Positions 21,051 through 28,417 of a DNA stretch of 64,000 nucleotides are shown piece by piece. A model generated the notes under the pieces. The model searched no databases, was not told the origin of the DNA, and was given only the letters and a program-made list of their open reading frames with translations. The translations under genes were made by a program, and so were the position numbers. Positions within the stretch are counted from its first letter, which is position 1. Every line of letters begins with the position of its first letter. The DNA lies in the sequence record PZ026127.1, one strand, 5' to 3'. The stretch comes from a phage.

Positions 21051-21380
21051 ATGAAAACATATAACGAATTTGTACAAACTGAAGCAATTAATGAAGTAGC
21101 CATCCCTAAACCGGCTAAAGCTGGCGGTACTGAGTACTACCATATTGAAACATCTTTTGATGCAGCTTCAGATATGGCTAACGGGCTTGGTGATTTCATC
21201 CGTCAAGCTAAGTCCGACCTGGCTAAATTTACAAAGACCCTTGATAAAGAGCAAAAGAAACCTTTCTCGGATCTGGCTAAAAAACTGGACGCGTTAAATG
21301 ACAAGGTCTTTAAAGAAGTTTACCACGGTATGATTGGTCTTACCCGTGAATTCAATGCTGAAGTTAAAAAACTTCCCTAA
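21051..21380 (+). CDS. internal head protein with capsid-targeting sequence (IPI-locus)
   Basis: 109 aa; N-term MKTYNEFVQTEAINE has T4 internal-protein CTS pattern MKTYxEF + (L/I)xE cleavage motif; sits next to 57B like T4 ipI. Confidence 0.7.
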   Translation: MKTYNEFVQTEAINEVAIPKPAKAGGTEYYHIETSFDAASDMANGLGDFIRQAKSDLAKFTKTLDKEQKKPFSDLAKKLDALNDKVFKEVYHGMIGLTREFNAEVKKLP

Positions 21381-21388
21381 GTACAGAT

Positions 21389-21412
21389 AAGGAGCCACAA
21401 AGCTCCTTTTTG
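21389..21412 (+). terminator. intrinsic terminator
   Basis: AAGGAGC-CACAAA-GCUCCUU hairpin followed by UUUUUG after IP gene. Confidence 0.7.
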
Positions 21413-21428
21413 TATCTAAACAAAAGGT

Positions 21429-21460
21429 GTTTACTTTCCTGGATAGCCGTGATACTATAG
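21429..21460 (+). promoter_or_regulatory. T4-type early promoter cassette (GTTTAC -35, TACTAT -10)
   Basis: GTTTAC at 21429, 16-17 bp spacer, GATACTATAGCCCTATCAA core shared with 9 other cassettes. Confidence 0.65.
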
Positions 21461-21494
21461 CCCTATCAAAACAAATGAGTGATTGGAGAATAAA

Positions 21495-21680
21495 ATGAAA
21501 CGTTGTGAATTAATTAGAAATGTTACTGCACTGGCCGCTGTTACCGCTTTTGGCTTTAGTATGTTTGCAGGATTCATGCTCGATATGCTTTCAACTTCCG
21601 AGAATATAATCTCTTTAGTAGTGGCATTTTTAATTGGTTCAATTTCTTTTGTTATGGATAAAATCTCTAAAGGTGAGTAA
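21495..21680 (+). CDS. small hydrophobic protein
   Basis: 61 aa, ATG 21495 (ORF-track start is a TTG); predicted TM segments; downstream of promoter. Confidence 0.5.
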   Translation: MKRCELIRNVTALAAVTAFGFSMFAGFMLDMLSTSENIISLVVAFLIGSISFVMDKISKGE

Positions 21681-21681
21681 A

Positions 21682-22062
21682 ATGTATAAAGTGTATGCAG
21701 ATTATCAGGCAAATCCATCTGAAAAACCAGATTGTCAAATTGGGTGGGCACACGACACCCTGCTTGAGGCGGTAGATAAAGCCCAGGAATTAGGGTATAG
21801 TTATGTGGATATTGTTCAACCCAATGGGACCGTTATTACACTTGAAGAATTCAAGAATATCAAAACAAACTTTTTGCTCTTTGCGGGTGATAACTATTAC
21901 CCTCGTGGCGGTTATGCCGACTTAATCGCAAAGGCCGCTACTGAAGATGAACTGCGCGATATCATTAAAGAAAATGAGAATAACCCTCTTTACGGTTCCA
22001 ATCGTTTTGACTGGTGGCAGATTGTTAATGCTAATACCCATACTATTGTAGACGAGGGTTAA
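21682..22062 (+). CDS. hypothetical protein
   Basis: 126 aa from internal ATG after GGTGAG RBS (ORF-track start 21634 overlaps upstream gene). Confidence 0.55.
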   Translation: MYKVYADYQANPSEKPDCQIGWAHDTLLEAVDKAQELGYSYVDIVQPNGTVITLEEFKNIKTNFLLFAGDNYYPRGGYADLIAKAATEDELRDIIKENENNPLYGSNRFDWWQIVNANTHTIVDEG

Positions 22063-22353
22063 ATGCTATACGTTAAGGTTACTAATCCAGAGAATGGATA
22101 TAATTCAGACCAGGTTGCAGCAGAGCTACTGATTCGCAACTTTGGCAAAGGTGCTGTGCTTGATGTCCAACAGGTTAATATTGGTCGTAGTTCAAGCGAC
22201 GTTAAACTAAAAGTTAATGGTCGCCGTTATAATTCTGTTAACTTTACTTTCTACACCGCAACTGAAAACGGATTGATCGAATACGACATCTTTAAAAATC
22301 CTTTGAAGATTGCTTCTATTAAACTTGATTACATTAATATGTGGCCACAATGA
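22063..22353 (+). CDS. hypothetical protein
   Basis: 96 aa ORF, ATG directly after upstream stop (TAAATG). Confidence 0.55.
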   Translation: MLYVKVTNPENGYNSDQVAAELLIRNFGKGAVLDVQQVNIGRSSSDVKLKVNGRRYNSVNFTFYTATENGLIEYDIFKNPLKIASIKLDYINMWPQ

Positions 22354-22390
22354 ATCAAATTTGACCAGACTATTCCTAAAAATAGTAATA

Positions 22391-22415
22391 TGCTTTAAGA
22401 GTAATGTGTTATTAT
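22391..22415 (+). promoter_or_regulatory. candidate MotA-dependent middle promoter
   Basis: MotA-box-like TATGCTTTA at 22389-22397, 12 bp spacer, -10 TATTAT at 22410; overlaps 8-bp inverted repeat AGAGTAAT/ATTACTCT. Confidence 0.45.
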
Positions 22416-22532
22416 TACTCTAACATTATTAAGTAACCCTCTATTACCAAAGGTTCTTCCCTCAAAGAGCCTTTCATAATAGACAAGGTCTATTAATCAA
22501 ACTTACTTTACTTAATTTTATTTGAGGTGTTT

Positions 22533-22799
22533 ATGTTAGTATTAAAATTAGCTTTTTACGACCCAGAAACCAAGACAACAACTACCAAACGTTGTTCTAT
22601 TTCATATGAATGTCAATTTGGCGAAGTTGAGACTGATGGCGAGCCCTTTATGGCAATTGCCGATAGCACATTCGCTAAACCAAAAATAATTCCACTAGTT
22701 AACGCTGCGGCTTATCTGGTTGCTCCTGAAGAAATGACTTATCATACAATTCAGCACATGGCTAAAGATGATAATGCTCCTGCTGGATTTGTAGTTTGA
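22533..22799 (+). CDS. hypothetical protein
   Basis: 88 aa from ATG 22533 (ORF-track start is a GTG); GAGGTG RBS. Confidence 0.5.
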   Translation: MLVLKLAFYDPETKTTTTKRCSISYECQFGEVETDGEPFMAIADSTFAKPKIIPLVNAAAYLVAPEEMTYHTIQHMAKDDNAPAGFVV

Positions 22800-22804
22800 T
22801 TTAA

Positions 22805-22875
22805 GGCCCTGTAGCTGGACGGTCGAGCGAGCGACTCATAATCGCTGGATGGTGGTTCGATTCCACCCAGGGCCA
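22805..22875 (+). tRNA. tRNA-Met (anticodon CAU; could also be a lysidine-modified Ile reader)
   Basis: hand fold: 7-bp acceptor GGCCCTG/CAGGGCC, anticodon stem AGCGA/TCGCT with loop CTCATAA, T-arm GGTGG-TTCGATT-CCACC, discriminator A. Confidence 0.85.
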
Positions 22876-22916
22876 TATTTTGAGAACATAAATACTCTTA
22901 GAAATAGGAGATATTT

Positions 22917-23582
22917 ATGTTCCATTACACTTATAAAATAACAAACAAAATTAATAATAAAATCTATATAGGTGCCCATTCAACCGAAAATTTGAATGAT
23001 GCATATTTTGGTTCCGGTAAACTCTTGAAAAGGGCCCAGGCCAAATACGGTATAGAAAATTTCTCTAAAGAAATATTAGAGTTCTTTGACGATAAAATCT
23101 CTATGTTTGAGTCAGAAAAGAATATTGTGACTGAAGAGTTTTTAAAGCGCCCCGATGTTTATAATTTGAAATTAGGCGGTGAAGGTGGTTGGGACCATTT
23201 AAACACCGAAGAATATTTAGATAAAAAGAAAGAAGCTTCCTTAAAAGGAGTTGCCGCTTTTAAAACCAGATTTGAGAACGACCCAGACCTTAAAGAAAAA
23301 TATCGTAAAATGGGTTCAGAAAGGTTTAAACAACTTTGGGATAATCCTAAGTATAGAGAGAAATTTTCAAATACTAAATCTTTCTTGGGTAAGACCCATT
23401 CAGATGAAACCAAAAATAAAATGAAAGAATCTCACGCCAGAAATAAACACCAACAAGGTGAAAATAATTCCGGATATGGAAAAATGTGGATTCATTCTTT
23501 AGAAGAAAAAGTTTCTAAACGTATTAACAAAACGGATATTATTCCTGAAGGTTGGAATAAAGGCCGTAAAATAAAATTTTGA
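22917..23582 (+). CDS. segB: GIY-YIG homing endonuclease (Seg-like) in tRNA cluster
   Basis: 221 aa; N-term YTYKITNKINNKIYIGAHS (GIY-x10-YIG variant), C-terminal NUMOD-like GKTHSDETKNKMKESH; lies between two tRNA genes like T4 segB. Confidence 0.75.
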   Translation: MFHYTYKITNKINNKIYIGAHSTENLNDAYFGSGKLLKRAQAKYGIENFSKEILEFFDDKISMFESEKNIVTEEFLKRPDVYNLKLGGEGGWDHLNTEEYLDKKKEASLKGVAAFKTRFENDPDLKEKYRKMGSERFKQLWDNPKYREKFSNTKSFLGKTHSDETKNKMKESHARNKHQQGENNSGYGKMWIHSLEEKVSKRINKTDIIPEGWNKGRKIKF

Positions 23583-23587
23583 ATTAC

Positions 23588-23662
23588 GTCCCGCTGGTGT
23601 AATGGATAGCATACGATCCTTCTAAGTTTGCGGTCCTGGTTCGATCCCAGGGCGGGATACCA
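23588..23662 (+). tRNA. tRNA-Arg (probable anticodon UCU), CCA encoded
   Basis: hand fold: acceptor GTCCCGC/GCGGGAT (one G-U), T-arm CCTGG-TTCGATC-CCAGG, anticodon loop CTTCTAA, 3' ACCA; anticodon stem has one mismatch. Confidence 0.7.
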
Positions 23663-23901
23663 AATGAAGACTATTATATAGTCAAGCCGTCGTATGAAGA
23701 CTGATTACCAGCATTCACCGGCGCAACAAACAAGAAACCGGGTCGCTACCGGTAAGTCGTCGGACTGATGTTCCCTGTTTAAGGACTGACATTAATAAAT
23801 CTTTACGATTTGTTGATGTCCCCTTATATCACAGCAGAAACGGCGCACCGAATTATCGATTCGAGGAAATATCTTTGCCGTAAGCCGAGTAGCGTTTTTG
23901 A

Positions 23902-23993
23902 CGGAACGTTCGGATATGGTCGAGATATGGCCTTTTAAAAATATTGAGTGGCGTCAACTACTTAATAACCGGGTTCGAATCCCGGCGTTTCGT
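23902..23993 (+). ncRNA. tRNA-like element / candidate small stable RNA
   Basis: 7-bp acceptor-like pairing CGGAACG/CGTTTCG enclosing a canonical T-arm CCGGG-TTCGAAT-CCCGG; D and anticodon arms could not be folded confidently. Confidence 0.3.
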
Positions 23994-24044
23994 ACAAACA
24001 CTTGCCTTAGCAGGTGGAACCCCGACAAGGTTGCCGCAAGGCAT

Positions 24045-24073
24045 AGCCCCTTCCGAAAGGTTGGGGCTTTTTG
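24045..24073 (+). terminator. intrinsic terminator
   Basis: AGCCCC...GGGGCU hairpin followed by UUUUUGG. Confidence 0.7.
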
Positions 24074-24113
24074 GCATAATAAATAGATAAGTTAATTAAC
24101 TTAGGAAATAACA

Positions 24114-24578
24114 ATGAAAACTTACAATGAATTTTTGACCGAACAATCTAGTTCAGATGTAAAAGCCGCCGCGATTGCAGCAATTCAAGCAGGTAAATAT
24201 TCTTACAAAGACGCCTCTGATGAAGAACGTTTCCGTTTTATTAAAGATTTTAAAGCCGAAGGTTTTACTAATGCTAATACTGTTAGCCGAGTTTTTAAAA
24301 GCCTAGCTGCATCAGGTGAATTGTTCCAGAAAGCCACAGGTAAAGCACCTGCGTCAAAAGCGGACCCTAAAGCCGCTCAAGAAAAAAATATCGCCAAAGG
24401 AATTATTTCTAAGTATGAAGCAATTCTTAAAGAGCTTTTAGTAATCAAAACAGAAGGCCAGAAACTGGCACGAGCACATAGCTTCAAAGATAATCCGCAT
24501 GCTCACGACTTAGAGTATGTTGAAGATATTCAGAAAATCATCAAAGACCGTATCTGGTCTGCTAAACAAATCAAATAA
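24114..24578 (+). CDS. internal head protein with capsid-targeting sequence
   Basis: 154 aa; N-term MKTYNEFLTE (CTS + LTE cleavage motif); strong RBS AGGAAATAACAATG. Confidence 0.7.
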   Translation: MKTYNEFLTEQSSSDVKAAAIAAIQAGKYSYKDASDEERFRFIKDFKAEGFTNANTVSRVFKSLAASGELFQKATGKAPASKADPKAAQEKNIAKGIISKYEAILKELLVIKTEGQKLARAHSFKDNPHAHDLEYVEDIQKIIKDRIWSAKQIK

Positions 24579-24585
24579 CGAAAGC

Positions 24586-24606
24586 CCCGTCTGGGGTTTT
24601 TTGGTT
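24586..24606 (+). terminator. intrinsic terminator
   Basis: AAAGCCCC-GUCU-GGGGUUUUUUGG directly after IP gene. Confidence 0.75.
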
Positions 24607-24692
24607 AACTTAGAGAAATATATGAAACTTTTAAAATAAAGCTATGTTAGCCTTCCATGTAAACCCGTTCCGGTTCTACAAGAACTGATTCT

Positions 24693-24722
24693 AGGCCCTT
24701 CCGAAAGGTTGGGCCTTTTTTG
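24693..24722 (+). terminator. intrinsic terminator (duplicate of the 24045 module)
   Basis: AGGCCC-UUCCGAAAGGUU-GGGCCU + U7; shares CCCTTCCGAAAGGTTGGG with 24048-24066. Confidence 0.7.
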
Positions 24723-24745
24723 TTTCTAAAAAGTTTAAAAAAGAT

Positions 24746-24776
24746 GTTTACTCTTTCGTAGAACATGATACTATAG
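24746..24776 (+). promoter_or_regulatory. T4-type early promoter cassette
   Basis: GTTTAC at 24746, -10 TACTAT at 24769, shared TGATACTATAGACCTATCAA core. Confidence 0.65.
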
Positions 24777-24809
24777 ACCTATCAAAACAACAGTGTGAAG
24801 GAGAGTAAA

Positions 24810-25073
24810 ATGGATAATTATGGTGAAGTGTTTAATTTCTTTATGAAATGTGTTCCGGAAGAATTTGGTGCTACAGTTAACGATATTAAAGTTATCGGTC
24901 CTGAACACCCAGTGTATGAAACCTATGCAGTAATGGGTAATGAAGATGGACAGTGGTATACAATTAAAGTTGTGATTAATATGTTCTCAGCTGAAGGCTA
25001 CGCCAAATCGTCTACCAAAGTTTACCATGATAACGATTTTGATGCGGAAGATTATTTCAATAATATGAAATAA
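24810..25073 (+). CDS. hypothetical protein
   Basis: 87 aa from ATG 24810 (ORF-track start is a GTG); AGGAGAG RBS. Confidence 0.55.
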   Translation: MDNYGEVFNFFMKCVPEEFGATVNDIKVIGPEHPVYETYAVMGNEDGQWYTIKVVINMFSAEGYAKSSTKVYHDNDFDAEDYFNNMK

Positions 25074-25131
25074 AATGTTTACATGGGCCCATGATTAAGA
25101 TATTATGAGCCCATAATTTGAGGAGAACATA

Positions 25132-25530
25132 ATGAATATCGAAGATAAAGAAATGCAAGAGTTGTATAATTCATTAACACCTGAACAACAAAAATATGCC
25201 AAAGAATTAGAGAAAGCCCTTGCTTTCAACTTGGCAAAAACTGATTGGGCCGCGATGTATGAAGAAAAAACTAGATTAGAACTTGAAGCTGCTGAGAGAA
25301 ATGAATGGATTGTCGAAACCAAGATTTCTGATGGTGGTTGCTCTGTTGAGGTGTCTGCTGTAATTAAAGGTACTCATGGCGAAAAATCATGGGGCTGGCA
25401 TAATGAAACAAACAAATGTATTGTTCTCTCAACGTCAAAAACTTATGGCCAAAGGGCCCCTGTATCCAAAGCTATTATTAAGCAAGCTCAATGGGAAGCC
25501 AATGAAATCTGCCTCGCAAAAATGAAATAA
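25132..25530 (+). CDS. hypothetical protein
   Basis: 132 aa; RBS GAGGAGAACATAATG. Confidence 0.6.
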   Translation: MNIEDKEMQELYNSLTPEQQKYAKELEKALAFNLAKTDWAAMYEEKTRLELEAAERNEWIVETKISDGGCSVEVSAVIKGTHGEKSWGWHNETNKCIVLSTSKTYGQRAPVSKAIIKQAQWEANEICLAKMK

Positions 25531-25534
25531 AAGT

Positions 25535-25564
25535 GTTTACAAACCTCAGAGGACAGGGTATAAT
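25535..25564 (+). promoter_or_regulatory. sigma70-type early promoter (TTTACA-17-TATAAT)
   Basis: GTTTACA at 25535, 17-bp spacer, TATAAT at 25559; 7-bp inverted repeat GAGGACA/TGTCCTC brackets the -10. Confidence 0.7.
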
Positions 25565-25606
25565 GTCCTCATGGATTATAAATCTTAATCAACTGAAGGA
25601 AATACT

Positions 25607-26200
25607 ATGAACACTTTAAAGAAAATCGTTGAATTCATCCGTTCTAAACTGGGTACCGCAATGACTCAGAACCTGTCAATCGAAGACCAATACACCAAAG
25701 CGGCTTCTACCCTGATTGATAAAATCACTGAACTCCAGACTGCCCATGTTAAGTCTGTGAATGAAGAAAAACGTATTCGTGCTTTGGCTAATGAAAAAGA
25801 CCAGCTCGCTGCTTCTAAAGAACGCGAAATTCGTAAACTGATTGCCGAAGGCGCTGATGTCCAGGTACATGCTAAACTTGGCCTCCTTTATCGTCGTACA
25901 GCTACTCAGCTTCGTAAGAAAGCCGATGATTATATCGAAATGCGTAATGAAATTAAACTGAAGGTTAAGGAACTTGATGACTCTCGTCAGGAACTGGCTG
26001 TTAAGCTCGAGTACATCCGTGAAACTCGTAATATGGCTGCCCTTGGTATTGCTACTGCCGATGATGTTGTTGAAATCGCTGCACTGACTAAGATTGATAT
26101 TGAAGACACCCTACTGCGTGTAGAAACGTTTAAAGGCCCACAAGTTGGAATGGATACGACTTCTGCTGATATCGAAGACTACATTAATTCACTTAAGTAA
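25607..26200 (+). CDS. coiled-coil protein, possibly PspA/IM30-like
   Basis: 197 aa, continuous heptad-like charged pattern; family assignment tentative. Confidence 0.5.
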   Translation: MNTLKKIVEFIRSKLGTAMTQNLSIEDQYTKAASTLIDKITELQTAHVKSVNEEKRIRALANEKDQLAASKEREIRKLIAEGADVQVHAKLGLLYRRTATQLRKKADDYIEMRNEIKLKVKELDDSRQELAVKLEYIRETRNMAALGIATADDVVEIAALTKIDIEDTLLRVETFKGPQVGMDTTSADIEDYINSLK

Positions 26201-26248
26201 TGTTACCGGGAGACTTCGGTCTCCCTATTTGGAGGAGAGGAGAATATT

Positions 26249-26785
26249 ATGAGTTTATATGATAACCTTATATCAAATATTGATTGGTTTAAAAATAGTG
26301 GTCTTTCCCATGAAACCAATTCAGTTCTTTATAGAATTCGCCAAGACCTAGGCTATTCAAACGATTTCTTAAGCAGAACATCTAGCCGTGGCGATACTAC
26401 CAAATTACCTTTTATTTTTGCTTTAGCTGAGGACCTTTCTTTTGCAGATGCTTTAGAAATTATTGACGTAAATCTGGCTATTCAACGAGTGGAATTCGCT
26501 GGGCTACGCTATTCAGTATACTCTTTAAATGAACCAAGCGATTATAAACAGCTTGTTGATGCCGACGATGATTACCATTTAGTATGCTATTTGATGTTAG
26601 AAAATGGTGACCACTTTGGTATGGTCGACCGCCGCCCGAGTTATTCGGATATTAAAAATTACGATAAAGATGAGCTTATTATTTTAGCCAATGAGTATAC
26701 ATCAGAGATTCGTAAACAACAACGTAAACTTAATCGTTTTATTACTGAATGTCGCGAATACGCTAAAGAGGTTCAAAATGCATAA
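26249..26785 (+). CDS. hypothetical protein with C-terminal FI(T/K)EC motif
   Basis: 178 aa; RBS GGAGGAGAGGAG; C-term ...KLNRFITECREY... Confidence 0.55.
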   Translation: MSLYDNLISNIDWFKNSGLSHETNSVLYRIRQDLGYSNDFLSRTSSRGDTTKLPFIFALAEDLSFADALEIIDVNLAIQRVEFAGLRYSVYSLNEPSDYKQLVDADDDYHLVCYLMLENGDHFGMVDRRPSYSDIKNYDKDELIILANEYTSEIRKQQRKLNRFITECREYAKEVQNA

Positions 26786-27131
26786 GCCTAGTAAAACCGA
26801 CCCTGGTTACGCATTAGCAGATTACGATATCTCTATTTCATTATTCCTCGGCATTGCTACTAGTATGACTGCAGGGATAATTGGATTTCTTGTCGGTGGG
26901 ATTATTAATGGTATGCCTCGCCATCCGTTTGAAGATATGAGCCTCGCGTGGATTTGGGTTCCGGCTTTAATAGGATTTTTTATCCCATGGGTCTTTGATA
27001 TTGCCCAAACTAATAAAATAAACAAGCCACGTAAAAAGAGATATGCTTTAGCTATGGCTAATTATAATGAGTATGTAAAACAAACTAAACGTAATGACCT
27101 TGAAACCTTTATTAAGGAATGTAAATCATGA
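26778..27131 (+). CDS. small membrane protein with C-terminal FIKEC motif
   Basis: 117 aa from ATG 26778; two predicted TM helices; C-term ...LETFIKECKS. Confidence 0.5.
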   Translation: MHKPSKTDPGYALADYDISISLFLGIATSMTAGIIGFLVGGIINGMPRHPFEDMSLAWIWVPALIGFFIPWVFDIAQTNKINKPRKKRYALAMANYNEYVKQTKRNDLETFIKECKS

Positions 27132-27418
27132 ATAAAATTGAAATTGAAATCCCGGAACACAATGACGAGAAATCTGCAGAAAAGGCTATCTATGCTCTTC
27201 TGAATAAAGTGAATACCATCGAACATGAATGTGAAGCTATTGCCGATAAGTATGGTATCCAATTCGGTACTGGTGATTATGGTTCAGGCCGTACATATTA
27301 TCCTGTCGGTTATGAATGCTCCCAGTGGTTTAAAGATGAAATTGAAAACAATGGTGGTGAAGTTGAAAATGGCGTCGTTACAGTTGGTGCTTGGATCTCC
27401 TCTTCGGCAATGTGCTAA
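27128..27418 (+). CDS. small protein, paralog 1 of 4 (C-terminal WISSSAMC)
   Basis: 96 aa; shares GxGxxYYxPG core and W-x-SS-x-x-C terminus with the next three ORFs. Confidence 0.6.
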   Translation: MNKIEIEIPEHNDEKSAEKAIYALLNKVNTIEHECEAIADKYGIQFGTGDYGSGRTYYPVGYECSQWFKDEIENNGGEVENGVVTVGAWISSSAMC

Positions 27419-27427
27419 GGAAACGCT

Positions 27428-27709
27428 ATGATGAATGATTACCATAAAAATAAAGAATTGGCTGAAGCAGTAAATGATATCCATAAAGCTATTCGTCGTG
27501 CCGAGGAAATTGCAAACAAATATGAGACTCATTTTAATATATACCCTGCTCGCGGTATGGGCGGTGACTATTATTCTCCTGGCGCCTTGAAAGCCGACCT
27601 TGCCCACTGGGAAGAATACGGTGAAGCTCAGTACGCTATTGTAAACCAACATGATTACACTACCAGCCTAGAAAATGGCGGTTGGGTGTCCTCTTCTTCT
27701 GAATGTTAA
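27428..27709 (+). CDS. small protein, paralog 2 of 4 (C-terminal WVSSSSEC)
   Basis: 93 aa; RBS TAAGGAAAC...ATG; conserved motifs as paralog 1. Confidence 0.6.
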   Translation: MMNDYHKNKELAEAVNDIHKAIRRAEEIANKYETHFNIYPARGMGGDYYSPGALKADLAHWEEYGEAQYAIVNQHDYTTSLENGGWVSSSSEC

Positions 27710-27718
27710 GGAAATAAA

Positions 27719-27931
27719 ATGACTATTGATGAAATTGAAAACCAAATCCGTGAATTAGTACGTAAAGGCCAGTCTGTGGCTGACGAAACGGGTGAAGAGT
27801 TCCGTGTTTCTGGTCGTGGAGAATACATTTCTCCAAAGAACCCGGAATATGATGATTACGAATGGGTCCGTGATGATTACGGCATTCCTGATGGTGATGG
27901 TTTCTGGTTTACTTCTTCTATGTCTTGCTAA
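27719..27931 (+). CDS. small protein, paralog 3 of 4 (C-terminal WFTSSMSC)
   Basis: 70 aa; RBS TAAGGAAATAAAATG. Confidence 0.6.
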   Translation: MTIDEIENQIRELVRKGQSVADETGEEFRVSGRGEYISPKNPEYDDYEWVRDDYGIPDGDGFWFTSSMSC

Positions 27932-27941
27932 GGAAATAAAA

Positions 27942-28166
27942 ATGTCTGATATTAATGAATTAGAAAAAGCTGCTCTTGAACTGGCTGCACTGTATAAGAA
28001 AGTAAAAGATATGGCTTCTGCCCAGGATTTCGGTGTTGAGCTCGATGATTATGACGGTGAAGTTCGTCTCGAAGATTGGCTGAATAGCTCTTGTTATGGT
28101 GAAGAAGCTGGTCGCACCTTCGTTGCTCAGGCCGATGGTAAAATCTGGTATCCGAGCTCATGCTAA
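27942..28166 (+). CDS. small protein, paralog 4 of 4 (C-terminal IWYPSSC)
   Basis: 74 aa from ATG 27942 after TAAGGAAATAAAAATG (ORF-track start 27792 would overlap paralog 3). Confidence 0.55.
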   Translation: MSDINELEKAALELAALYKKVKDMASAQDFGVELDDYDGEVRLEDWLNSSCYGEEAGRTFVAQADGKIWYPSSC

Positions 28167-28387
28167 AATTAAAGAAAAGATACATTCGTAAAATAAATGG
28201 TCTTCGCGATTATGCCAAAGGTTGGCCACTAAGTATTATTATGGCTGATAGACACCCGCGTTATAATACTGAGATGACTTATTACAAAAAGTACGATTCA
28301 TATTGTCGGTCTAAAGCAGGTCGTTTAGATGGTTCTTATGAAGACTATTTCGGTAAAAAACCTACTCGTATTTCGTTAGGAAAATAA
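28160..28387 (+). CDS. hypothetical protein
   Basis: 75 aa ORF, basic. Confidence 0.45.
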   Translation: MLKLKKRYIRKINGLRDYAKGWPLSIIMADRHPRYNTEMTYYKKYDSYCRSKAGRLDGSYEDYFGKKPTRISLGK

Positions 28388-28417
28388 TTTAACCACATGG
28401 ATGTGGTAGGAGGACTT

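Noticed and set aside
23898-24086. 62-aa plus-strand ORF in the region after tRNA-Arg
   Set aside because: No RBS; overlaps the tRNA-like helix and a terminator hairpin; the region is more plausibly structured RNA.
25577-25584. TATAAATC resembling a late promoter upstream of the 25607 gene
   Set aside because: 7/8 match only, and it overlaps the transcribed leader of a strong early promoter; could be chance in AT-rich DNA.
27792-28166. Long (124-aa) version of the fourth small paralog
   Set aside because: The upstream extension overlaps paralog 3 in another frame; the internal ATG at 27942 has the same RBS as its siblings.
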